From positions 64,747 to 90,380 of the forward strand of contig JAAFIM010000007.1 in NCBI GenBank assembly GCA_013297745.1: a stretch of DNA of 25,634 nucleotides. Reading direction: 5' to 3'. A program made the translations under genes and the position numbers. The notes beneath the pieces are model-generated. The model made no database searches. It was given only the letters and a program-made list of their open reading frames with translations, and was not told the origin of the DNA. Of the stretch, positions 18,167 through 25,634 are shown one piece after another (the stretch's first letter is position 1; each line of letters starts with the position of its first letter). Source of the stretch: Chitinophagales bacterium. GTDB taxonomy: Bacteria > Bacteroidota > Bacteroidia > Chitinophagales > Saprospiraceae.

Positions 18167-18679
18167 TTAGAATTTTTCAATCAATAATACCTCATAATCG
18201 TCAGCAGAAGGACCATAAGTCGCTGGTATGGGTATTCCCAAAATTCTTAGATAAACCCCCAATTGGGCGCGGTGATGGATGAGATGATTCATACAAAAAA
18301 CGCGAAGTACTTGCCATTTTGGGAGGCTAAAATGGGTTGTTTCGCCGTCTGTCATTTCCCAATGTTGGGTTAGGAGTGCAGGGTTGGCGTTGAGAATAGA
18401 CTGTTCAGCACTATTGCGGAGTTGGTCAAAGTAGGCGAGAAGTTCTTCAGTATTCTGGATATCGCAGCGCACAAAATGCTTGAAATCTAAGCTATCGTGT
18501 TCTATACAAGATGTCCACCAGCCCACAATTTCGGCAACGTGTACGGCTAGAGTGATTAGATTCTCGGAGTTGGGATGTGGTTTAAAACTACGTTGTCCAA
18601 AAGGCACGACAGCCAAAAAGCGGCGAGTAACGGACAATTCTTGTCTAAATTCAGCCAAAAGTTGGTTTAAATCGTTCAT
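18167..18679 (-). CDS. DinB/YfiT-like (DinB_2) metal-dependent protein
   Basis: Four-helix-bundle size (~170 aa) and His motifs (HVAEIVGWW, HLIHHRAQL) typical of DinB_2. Confidence 0.55.
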   Translation of the reverse strand: MNDLNQLLAEFRQELSVTRRFLAVVPFGQRSFKPHPNSENLITLAVHVAEIVGWWTSCIEHDSLDFKHFVRCDIQNTEELLAYFDQLRNSAEQSILNANPALLTQHWEMTDGETTHFSLPKWQVLRVFCMNHLIHHRAQLGVYLRILGIPIPATYGPSADDYEVLLIEKF

Positions 18680-18685
18680 AATGTC

Positions 18686-19360
18686 TTATTTTTTTATAAA
18701 TTTTTGGGTAAAACCTGCTAAATTTTGTGGGTTGGGGAAAATAGGAGCGGGGCGGAAATCGGCAAAGTCAACCTCGTAAGTGTCTTCTGTGAAAGTGAAT
18801 TGGCTACCATTTCCGCGCGTGCGGCTGCTGTTTTTGGGGTATAAAATGCCAATTTTTCCTGTCAAAATCTCCTGTTTTTCTACCCAACCCAAAAACGAGG
18901 CGATATAATTTTCTTGTTCGTTCTGGTGCAAGCTAATATGGAAATAACAATCGGTGAGCGAGTTGGGTTTTTGCAGTTGTCGAGCGGGGATGTTCAGCAC
19001 ATAATCAGCGCGAAAATAATCGCTTTTGCGCCGCATCGTTTTTATATCAATTTTTTTCAAAACCCCATCCACCAACAGTTCAAAATCTTTGCCAAAGTCT
19101 TGCCCGTCGTCAGCCCCAAAAGAGCGCAAAGGGCGCGGCAGTTGATAAGCATCAGCAAACACTATTTCGCCCAAAGTGCCTGTAAAACGTAGCTCTTCGG
19201 TTGCGTTTCGGTTGTTTTTGCCGTCCCAAATGTTGGGTATTTTGTGCGCAGCGAGTGAGTGATTGACCAACTCTTGGGCATATTTTACCTGTTCGTTATT
19301 GATAGGAAGTTGAAAAAAAAGTTGGGCAATTGATTTCATACTGTTGCGTTGATAATCCAA
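18686..19360 (-). CDS. hypothetical protein (224 aa) with a possible PD-(D/E)xK-like acidic motif
   Basis: ORF track. GADDGQDF...LLVDGVLKKIDIKT could be a D...(D/E)xK nuclease core; this is weak. Lies 6 nt upstream of the DinB-like gene and 9 nt downstream of the DUF1569-like gene. Confidence 0.35.
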   Translation of the reverse strand: MDYQRNSMKSIAQLFFQLPINNEQVKYAQELVNHSLAAHKIPNIWDGKNNRNATEELRFTGTLGEIVFADAYQLPRPLRSFGADDGQDFGKDFELLVDGVLKKIDIKTMRRKSDYFRADYVLNIPARQLQKPNSLTDCYFHISLHQNEQENYIASFLGWVEKQEILTGKIGILYPKNSSRTRGNGSQFTFTEDTYEVDFADFRPAPIFPNPQNLAGFTQKFIKK

Positions 19361-19369
19361 AACTAAAAT

Positions 19370-19831
19370 TTAAGCCCCAAATTGCTGCAAATGATGTTCT
19401 AAGTGTTTGTACATTAGATTATTCCACTCTGTTTTGCTCAAAATTCCAAAACCCAAGGATTCTTTTTTATCAAAAAAACTTTCGCCCATTTGTTGTGTTT
19501 TGCGGATAAAATCAATCAGCCGCGTTTTTTCCACTTCAAAATCTTTTTCTGAGCTCATCACAAACTCAGGAGCTGTGGGTGAATTTTTGGCTAGGGCTAG
19601 CGTATCATTGGTGACCGATTTTTTGACAAACCATTTGAGTATCAAGCGCATAAAAAAGTTTGGTTTTTTGTGCTTGTTTTCATAAATCATCTCATAAGTA
19701 ACGCAGCAATGCGCTAGCATTTGAGACACGTTCATTTTTCCCCATTTGGCTGGGCTGTTGGGATGGAGAGATGCAATGCGGGCGATGACAGCTTCCGATA
19801 CATTGAGGTCAAATATATTAGGTAAAGGCAT
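19370..19831 (-). CDS. DUF1569-like (DinB/YfiT superfamily) protein
   Basis: ~150 aa with the WGKMNVSQMLAHC motif that I associate with DUF1569. Confidence 0.4.
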   Translation of the reverse strand: MPLPNIFDLNVSEAVIARIASLHPNSPAKWGKMNVSQMLAHCCVTYEMIYENKHKKPNFFMRLILKWFVKKSVTNDTLALAKNSPTAPEFVMSSEKDFEVEKTRLIDFIRKTQQMGESFFDKKESLGFGILSKTEWNNLMYKHLEHHLQQFGA

Positions 19832-19869
19832 AATATGAATAGTTTTTTTAATTGGTTTGTATGTGTTGA

Positions 19870-19977
19870 AAATAATCCTTTATTTGTTCCAAATCAGAAC
19901 GGTCAGCGATAAGCCGAGAAATCGGCCAACGCTGGTTATTGACATATAAATTATACCCATCAAAGCGAATTTGTTGG
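19870..19977. repeat. 108-bp direct repeat, copy 1. It is an orphan duplicate of the 3' end of the PH-domain protein gene. The final 18 nt also encode the C-terminus and stop of the HEPN-like gene.
   Basis: Identical to 23024-23131 except one substitution (agcGataag vs agcAataag), plus a 1-nt A-run difference at the 5' edge. Confidence 0.85.
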
Positions 19978-20715
19978 AATTAGGTAGTTTTCATTATCAA
20001 TGTAAGTTTTTATCTGATTGAGAAACTCGCCAACATAAGCAAAAATTTCTTTTTTTGCCGTTAAAATATCTTGGCTGGTATCTTGAGCGGCGCATTCTAC
20101 AAAGCTAATTCTTCCGTGCGCTAAATTGTTTCTATTGTCTTTTATTGTGGTAAGAAATTTATTAGCACTTCTATAATTTTCGTTGAAGGGCGGTATTGCA
20201 AATCCATAACATTCTGCACAATGTTTAATTGTTTTAGCGTCAATGTTTCCTGCGGGCTGAAACTCAGATAATTTTATAGCTCTTTTGGCTGTAAAAACAG
20301 AAAGAAAGGTTTGGAAAATATAATTTTCTCTTGCTGTTATTGCTGCTTTCATAATAGCGTCTATTTGCTCTTTTCTCCAAAGTTTCTGCAAAGCTTCGTT
20401 CAAATTGTCTAGGAGATTGTTTTCTTCATTTGGTAGATTACCCACAGTTTCGATAATGTGAGATATTCCTTTGCGAACAAATTTTTCTACCATAGCATAA
20501 AGCAGAAGATAAGAATTTGATAATAATATCTGCCTTAATTCTGGTGGATTGTGGTAGTTCTTTTGTTGCTTTGCTTTTTTGGAGAGTTTTACATTGAGTA
20601 ATTTATGGGTTGGAAACCTTCTCTTTTTTTCAATTTTTTCAAATTTATGCACAAAAGAAAAATAAATATCCAGTTCATTTTTTTCAGCTTCAAAAGCTTC
20701 AAGAATTTCATCCAT
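19960..20715 (-). CDS. HEPN-motif protein (Rx4H), possibly a MAE_28990-like HEPN nuclease
   Basis: R-NNLA-H in TIKDNRNNLAHGRISF fits the HEPN Rx4-6H motif. ~250 aa alpha-helical composition. Confidence 0.4.
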   Translation of the reverse strand: MDEILEAFEAEKNELDIYFSFVHKFEKIEKKRRFPTHKLLNVKLSKKAKQQKNYHNPPELRQILLSNSYLLLYAMVEKFVRKGISHIIETVGNLPNEENNLLDNLNEALQKLWRKEQIDAIMKAAITARENYIFQTFLSVFTAKRAIKLSEFQPAGNIDAKTIKHCAECYGFAIPPFNENYRSANKFLTTIKDNRNNLAHGRISFVECAAQDTSQDILTAKKEIFAYVGEFLNQIKTYIDNENYLIPTNSL

Positions 20716-20723
20716 ATTTTGCT

Positions 20724-21941
20724 TTAAAAAAGTTGTGGATTATTATTTTGTGGTTTGTCTAAATTCTGAAAAATAAATGTTTTAGGGTCTCCACCCAATA
20801 GGCAATGTTTCGTAAAATCAACCCTTTCCTTTAGCCTGCCTGGGTTGTTGCTGCTGTCAGAAGTTGTTACTTTTTTAAATTCTTCGGAATTTAGCCACTC
20901 TACATTAGTAACTGTTAGATTTGGATTTTCCAAAAGCGCGAAATGCACACCTAAAGCGATAGCTTCAAATCTTACCCTTGGCACAGAATTAGCCGTACTT
21001 GTTTTTCTAAAGCCTAAAGGGAAGTAGCTTTTGACAAAATTTAGTGCATCAGTAAAGTACTTTTCCAACGTCTCTTTGTTCCATCCGTTTATTGAGCCGT
21101 CATTATTTGTTTTTTGTGATAAGTACTCATCTAGAAAAGGTTTACCCCGTTTTGGATTATCTGTGCCTTTTTCTGTATAAGCAAAAAACCTAAGTAAAAG
21201 TTCTGTAGCTTCGCCTTGTTTTTGGTTATGTGGACTAATGGGGCAAAGTTGTAGAAATAAATTATTTTTACTCATAGTCTCAATAAAGCTAAAAAAACCT
21301 TCGTGTGCATCTATACCTTTACGAATTTGACTATCTGACAGTTTTTTGCCAGAGGTATTAAGTCGGTCAAAAATATCTTTCCTAATTTCAATAGTTGCAG
21401 ATTCGTTTATACTGTGCATCCGCATAGGGCGAGCTATGAAGTTATTTCGACGAGGTTTGGATAAATCGCTAAAACTAATGCCATTTAACGACGTAATTTT
21501 TTTTAAGTTTTGTAACTTAATTTCGTCATTGACAAACATTCTTAAAGCTCTAATACGTTGAGAACCATCAATTATTTCAAGTAATCCGTCTTCTTCAAGT
21601 TGCGCTACAAAAATAGGCTGCACGGGCATACCCAAAAATAAAGATTCTACAAATCGAGATATTTCGTCGGTATTCCAAACAAATTCACGTTGATATTGCG
21701 GGATGAATAAGCATAGTGTGCCTTTTTCATCGTTTTCATCATCTATATCAATTGCAGCAGTTTCATTAAATTCAAGTTGTTCGTGCAGTTTTTCGCCTTT
21801 TGTATAGAGTTTTACCAACTCGTATATGGTAAAATCAAAGGTATTATATTTATAAGGAATGGAAAAAGATTTAATTTCATTTTCAATTTCCAATTGCTTC
21901 TCTTTATCAAGAGGGATATGTATTTTGGTTTGTTTGTTCAT
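20724..21941 (-). CDS. DUF262 (ParB/Srx-fold, GmrS-like N-terminal domain) protein; no DUF1524/HNH C-terminal domain recognised
   Basis: Signature motifs IPQYQREFVW and IIDGSQRIRAL (DUF262 consensus IPxYQRxYxW ... DGQQR). Confidence 0.6.
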   Translation of the reverse strand: MNKQTKIHIPLDKEKQLEIENEIKSFSIPYKYNTFDFTIYELVKLYTKGEKLHEQLEFNETAAIDIDDENDEKGTLCLFIPQYQREFVWNTDEISRFVESLFLGMPVQPIFVAQLEEDGLLEIIDGSQRIRALRMFVNDEIKLQNLKKITSLNGISFSDLSKPRRNNFIARPMRMHSINESATIEIRKDIFDRLNTSGKKLSDSQIRKGIDAHEGFFSFIETMSKNNLFLQLCPISPHNQKQGEATELLLRFFAYTEKGTDNPKRGKPFLDEYLSQKTNNDGSINGWNKETLEKYFTDALNFVKSYFPLGFRKTSTANSVPRVRFEAIALGVHFALLENPNLTVTNVEWLNSEEFKKVTTSDSSNNPGRLKERVDFTKHCLLGGDPKTFIFQNLDKPQNNNPQLF

Positions 21942-21945
21942 AAGA

Positions 21946-22995
21946 TTAGAAGTGTTTGTTTAAATGTTGTTTGATACTTTGACCAATGACTTCGCCTAGC
22001 TTGACAGGCACAGCGTTGCCAATATGTTTTTGTAACGCTGTAGTGCTATTTGCTGTGTTTACAAAATAGTCTTCAGGAAAAGTTTGAAAAATTGCAGCCT
22101 CAAGAAGCGTTATAGCGCGGTCTTGTTCAGGGTGGCCAAATCGCCCATTACCAAAACCAATACAATGGGTTGTCATTGTGGGGGCTGGTTCATCCCATAA
22201 CATTCTACCGTAGACATCTCCAAATGTTTTGCCAGTCAATTTTTTGTGGCAATCATTTATTAACTCAGTTGGTAAATGTTTCCAACTTTGTCCTTGTTTG
22301 ATGTATTTTATGCGCAACTTATTTGTTGCAGATAGCTTTTGTGCTCTATGTAGGGGATTGTAGGGAGAGGTTACCCCGTCAGCAACGGAAGGTAGATGGC
22401 CTATAGCTGTTTTTACGGTTTGTTTATTGTTGGTATGGGTTGGGGGAATAACTTCAATTTCTCCAAATTTAGAAGCCAACAAAACTAATCTTTTTCTGCT
22501 TTGGGGTATTCCATATTCAACACAATTGATAATTTTTTCTGTATTGGAAACAAAGTAACCGTTTTTTTTAAGTGTATTTATAAAGTTTTGATAGACAGCA
22601 TATTTATCAATTTTAGCTAATTGGGGAACATTCTCCATAGAGATAATTTCAGGTTGTGTAGCCTCAATGATTTTGCCAAAATAGTTGAGTAATCCCCATT
22701 TTTCCTCTTCATTTTTATTCTTCAATCCTGATGTGTATCGGGAGAATGGTTGGCAAGGAGCGCAGCCAACTAAAATTTTTATTTTATTAGGCGAATAGAG
22801 ATTTTGAATAAATTTTGGGTCTAATGCTTTAATATCAGCATTGATAAATTTTGCCTTATGATTTTTTTCATAAGCCACTTGGCACGTTTTATCGCAATCA
22901 ATACCAGCGATAACCTCAAAGCCTTGCTTCTGTAGCCCAAACGATAAGCCTCCAACCCCACAAAATAAATCTACAACTTCAACTTCCATAGACAA
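21946..22995 (-). CDS. dcm: C5-cytosine-specific DNA methyltransferase
   Basis: Motif I DLFCGVGG, motif IV GCAPCQPFS, motif VI SMENVPQL, motif VIII GIPQSRKRLVLLA. Confidence 0.85.
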   Translation of the reverse strand: MSMEVEVVDLFCGVGGLSFGLQKQGFEVIAGIDCDKTCQVAYEKNHKAKFINADIKALDPKFIQNLYSPNKIKILVGCAPCQPFSRYTSGLKNKNEEEKWGLLNYFGKIIEATQPEIISMENVPQLAKIDKYAVYQNFINTLKKNGYFVSNTEKIINCVEYGIPQSRKRLVLLASKFGEIEVIPPTHTNNKQTVKTAIGHLPSVADGVTSPYNPLHRAQKLSATNKLRIKYIKQGQSWKHLPTELINDCHKKLTGKTFGDVYGRMLWDEPAPTMTTHCIGFGNGRFGHPEQDRAITLLEAAIFQTFPEDYFVNTANSTTALQKHIGNAVPVKLGEVIGQSIKQHLNKHF

Positions 22996-23001
22996 AGTAT
23001 T

Positions 23002-23373
23002 TTAATTATTATCCAATTGTTCGAAATAATCCTTTATTTGTTCCAAATCAGAACGGTCAGCAATAAGCCGAGAAATCGGCCAACGCTGGTTATTGACATA
23101 TAAATTATACCCATCAAAGCGAATTTGTTGGGGCAAATAAGTGGTTTTGCGCAGGGTCATACCCAACCCGTTGCGAAGTTCTAATTCTGTCTTAGTAACG
23201 ATTAAAATAGGATTTTTGAAGAAACAAAGCCCTAAAATCAACAGCACAAAGCCCATAAATAGTTCTAACATTTCCCACAACCAAAAGCCCATTACCAGCG
23301 ATAAAACGCTGATAATGAGCATAGAAATAGACCAAATTCTGTTGTGGCGTACAGCAAAAGGGAAGTTAAGCAT
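23002..23373 (-). CDS. small membrane protein with bacterial PH-like (bPH_2/YdbT-like) domain. Its start overlaps the ftsZ stop by 1 nt (TAATG).
   Basis: Two N-terminal hydrophobic helices followed by a ~70-aa soluble domain. The 3' end is duplicated at 19870-19977. Confidence 0.45.
   Translation of the reverse strand: MLNFPFAVRHNRIWSISMLIISVLSLVMGFWLWEMLELFMGFVLLILGLCFFKNPILIVTKTELELRNGLGMTLRKTTYLPQQIRFDGYNLYVNNQRWPISRLIADRSDLEQIKDYFEQLDNN
23024..23131. repeat. 108-bp direct repeat, copy 2 (inside the 3' end of the PH-domain protein gene)
   Basis: See copy 1. Confidence 0.85.
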
Positions 23374-24830
23374 TAGTCTATATTATCGTGTAAAAAAGAA
23401 TTGTTGTCGCGTAGCTCGGGCTCATTATCGTCGTTGATGGTCAGTCTGGACAAATTGGGTTCGGACGAGTTGGGCAAATCTTCTAATTTTATCCCTTTGC
23501 GCAAAAATGCGGGTTTATTTTCCAACTCATTTACTGCTTCTGGGCTGTTGAGTTTTACGCTCAAATTTTTAAGCCTTTCGCGGCGTTCGTCTGCGGATTC
23601 TATTTTTTTGTGGGTAGAATTATCCTTGGCAGGCGGTATATTTTGTTTGAAAGGCTCTTTTTCTTTTCTAACGGGTTCGATAGGCTCTATAGAGTATCTA
23701 GTTTCTTTTTTTTTAAAATCGTCGTCTTCCAAATAATAAGATTTTTTGCCGCTATTTTGAGGTTTGTCATCATCATCATCTAGCGCAATGCGGGTTTTAT
23801 TATTGGTGGTTGTTTGTATAGGGTTGACTTTTTGGGGAGTTTGGTTGGTATTGGGGCGGGCTTGTTCTTTGCCTTTGCCTGTTTCGAATCCTGTAGCGAT
23901 AACAGTAACTGTCAATTTTTCGCCAAGAGATTCATCGTAGCAGTTACCCCAAATCAAATCCGTGCCATAACCAGCCGCTTCTTGTACAAATTCGGTGATT
24001 TCAAACACTTCATCCATCGTCACTTCTTGAGTACCCGAAGTGATATTCAATAGTATGTGCTGAGCGCCTTTGATGTCGTTGTCTTCCAATAATGGAGATT
24101 GCAAAGCCGCTTCTACCGCTCTTCGCGCGCGTCCTTCGCCTGACATAGAAGCCGTGCCCATAACCGCAACCCCAGAGTCGCGCATAACGGTGTTGACGTC
24201 CTCAAAATCCACGTTTACATAGCCAGGAACGGTGATAATTTCCGCTATACCTTTGGCTGCTGTGGTTAATATATCGTCTGCTTTGGCGAAAGCTTCTCCC
24301 AAAGACAAATTGCCGTATATTTTCCGCAATTTATCATTAGAGATAACGATAAGTGTATCCACATTTTTTTTCAATTCAGCTATCCCTTCTTCAGCCTGTT
24401 TCATACGGCGACGACCTTCAAAGGTAAAAGGGGTCGTAACGATGCCTACAGTCAAAATATCCATTTCTCGAGCTGCTTTGGCTATCACTGGAGCCGCGCC
24501 CGTGCCTGTACCCCCGCCCATACCTGCGGTTACGAACAACATTTTGGTGGTGGCGAAGTACTGTTTGATGTCTTCAATGGACTCAATACAAGCCTCTTTT
24601 CCTACTATAGGTTTGGAGCCTGCGCCTCGCCCTTCGGTGAGTTCTGGCCCCAACTGAATTTTGTGCGGAACTGTGCTAATGTTCATCGCTTGATTATCTG
24701 TGTTGCAGATGGCAAAATCTACCCCTATTATCCCTTGTTGGAACATATAAGATACAGCATTGCTACCGCCGCCACCTACGCCGATAACTTTGATTATAGT
24801 TTGCGAGTCGTCTGGTATATTGAAGTGCAT
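23373..24830 (-). CDS. ftsZ: cell division protein FtsZ
   Basis: Tubulin signature GVGGGGSNAV, T7 loop NVDFEDV, long disordered C-terminal tail with acidic run. 485 aa. Confidence 0.93.
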   Translation of the reverse strand: MHFNIPDDSQTIIKVIGVGGGGSNAVSYMFQQGIIGVDFAICNTDNQAMNISTVPHKIQLGPELTEGRGAGSKPIVGKEACIESIEDIKQYFATTKMLFVTAGMGGGTGTGAAPVIAKAAREMDILTVGIVTTPFTFEGRRRMKQAEEGIAELKKNVDTLIVISNDKLRKIYGNLSLGEAFAKADDILTTAAKGIAEIITVPGYVNVDFEDVNTVMRDSGVAVMGTASMSGEGRARRAVEAALQSPLLEDNDIKGAQHILLNITSGTQEVTMDEVFEITEFVQEAAGYGTDLIWGNCYDESLGEKLTVTVIATGFETGKGKEQARPNTNQTPQKVNPIQTTTNNKTRIALDDDDDKPQNSGKKSYYLEDDDFKKKETRYSIEPIEPVRKEKEPFKQNIPPAKDNSTHKKIESADERRERLKNLSVKLNSPEAVNELENKPAFLRKGIKLEDLPNSSEPNLSRLTINDDNEPELRDNNSFLHDNID

Positions 24831-24901
24831 ATTTCTAATGGTTATACCGTTTTTACGAAATTTTTTATAATATTAAAATATCAATGTTTTTTTAACAAAA
24901 T

Positions 24902-25339
24902 TTATTCTTCCCATTTTTGGAATTCATAATATGTTTTTTGCATGTTGCTACTATCCAAAAAATGATAGCGAAGCGTATTTTTGCTTAATTTATCCAAATG
25001 GAAAGCAACCCCATTGCGCTCAAAAAAATCATTATCTGCGCTAAATCGGTATTGAAAGTTGTTGGTATAAACCAACTCTTTGTTTGTATTGTATTGATTT
25101 TCAACCCCTTCGCAAAAACTAACAGAGTCTAAATCGCAACTTTCAAACTGCCAACGCCATTCGCCATCGCGGAAAAAATGCGCCTGAACCAAATCGCCAG
25201 CTTCGTCTTCTGTGCTGATGTGGTTGAGTTGCCAACTGCCTGCTATTTTGGATAAATTTTGTTCTGTTTGCCAATGCTCGTATTTGCGGCAACTGCTCAG
25301 GGCTAAGAAAAGGGTTAGTAGAAAAAATGTAGTTTTCAT
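24902..25339 (-). CDS. hypothetical lipoprotein (145 aa)
   Basis: Signal peptide with lipobox LSSC. No other motifs. Confidence 0.45.
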   Translation of the reverse strand: MKTTFFLLTLFLALSSCRKYEHWQTEQNLSKIAGSWQLNHISTEDEAGDLVQAHFFRDGEWRWQFESCDLDSVSFCEGVENQYNTNKELVYTNNFQYRFSADNDFFERNGVAFHLDKLSKNTLRYHFLDSSNMQKTYYEFQKWEE

Positions 25340-25560
25340 CGTATAGGGGTATTAAATAACTAATTAATATGAATACCAAATTTAGGGGGAATTATCACCT
25401 CAATATCTAATAATTCGGCTCTGTTGTCTTTATCAAAATTAAAATAATAAAACACAAAATAATAATACCATTCGTTGGGGCTGCCGTTGTGGTACTTTTT
25501 AAAATAGAAATGTGTTTAGTAAGGTTTTACAAGGTAAAACAAGCAGCAATAATATAAGGC

Positions 25561-25594
25561 GCGCTCAATAGCGTGGGGTTTTACACCCCACGCG
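25561..25594 (+). repeat. 35-bp palindromic unit, copy C. It is preceded at 25514-25523 by TGTTTAGTAA, which resembles the outer arm of the 604-860 element.
   Basis: GCGCTCAATAGCGTGGGGTTTTACACCCCACGCG with perfect hairpin CGTGGGGT/ACCCCACG. Likely the left part of a second MITE-like copy running off the window end. Confidence 0.65.
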
Positions 25595-25634
25595 GCAATA
25601 AAAATTTTATCAAAATATATCATTTTTTTATTTG

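Noticed and set aside
23401-24657. Plus-strand ORFs 23401-23736, 23814-24053 and 24232-24657 antisense to ftsZ
   Set aside because: They are shadow ORFs of the strongly supported ftsZ reading frame. The low-complexity Ser/Leu-rich translations are typical of antisense GC-skewed frames.
1-25634. CRISPR arrays, rRNA, integrase or transposase genes
   Set aside because: No regularly spaced short direct repeats, no rRNA-like conserved stretches, and no protein with recombinase or DDE motifs were seen. The only mobility signatures are the direct repeats and the MITE-like palindrome.

Overview
The window reads as chromosome from a low-GC Bacteroidetes-type bacterium. Housekeeping genes with confident calls are an acyl-CoA ligase (fadD-like), chorismate synthase (aroC), Fe/Mn superoxide dismutase, an arginine block (GNAT acetyltransferase, argC, argD) and ftsZ. 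Three apparent defence or accessory modules sit among them. (1) A two-gene ABC-type ATPase plus HNH nuclease cassette (Septu PtuA/PtuB-like, 7882-9800) is bracketed by two near-identical copies of a ~55-nt terminator-containing sequence. This looks like an insertion at a shared convergent terminator. (2) A three-gene cassette on the minus strand encodes a C5-cytosine DNA methyltransferase, a DUF262 (ParB/Srx-fold) protein and a HEPN-motif protein (19960-22995). It is bracketed by 108-bp direct repeats (one mismatch) that duplicate the 3' end of the adjacent small PH-domain membrane protein gene. This is the most interesting candidate for an undescribed R-M-like defence system. (3) Two tandem paralogous AbiEii/DUF1814-like nucleotidyltransferase genes follow an unrecognisable 200-aa gene and have no recognisable AbiEi antitoxin. 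A ~257-bp nested-palindrome MITE-like element lies at 604-860. It contains a 35-bp hairpin unit (680-716 and, inverted, 766-800) that also occurs at 25561-25594 at the window end. There is also a 26-nt motif repeated downstream of two small hypothetical ORFs. No tRNA, rRNA, CRISPR array, integrase or transposase was seen. All family assignments come from motif reading by eye; no searches were run.
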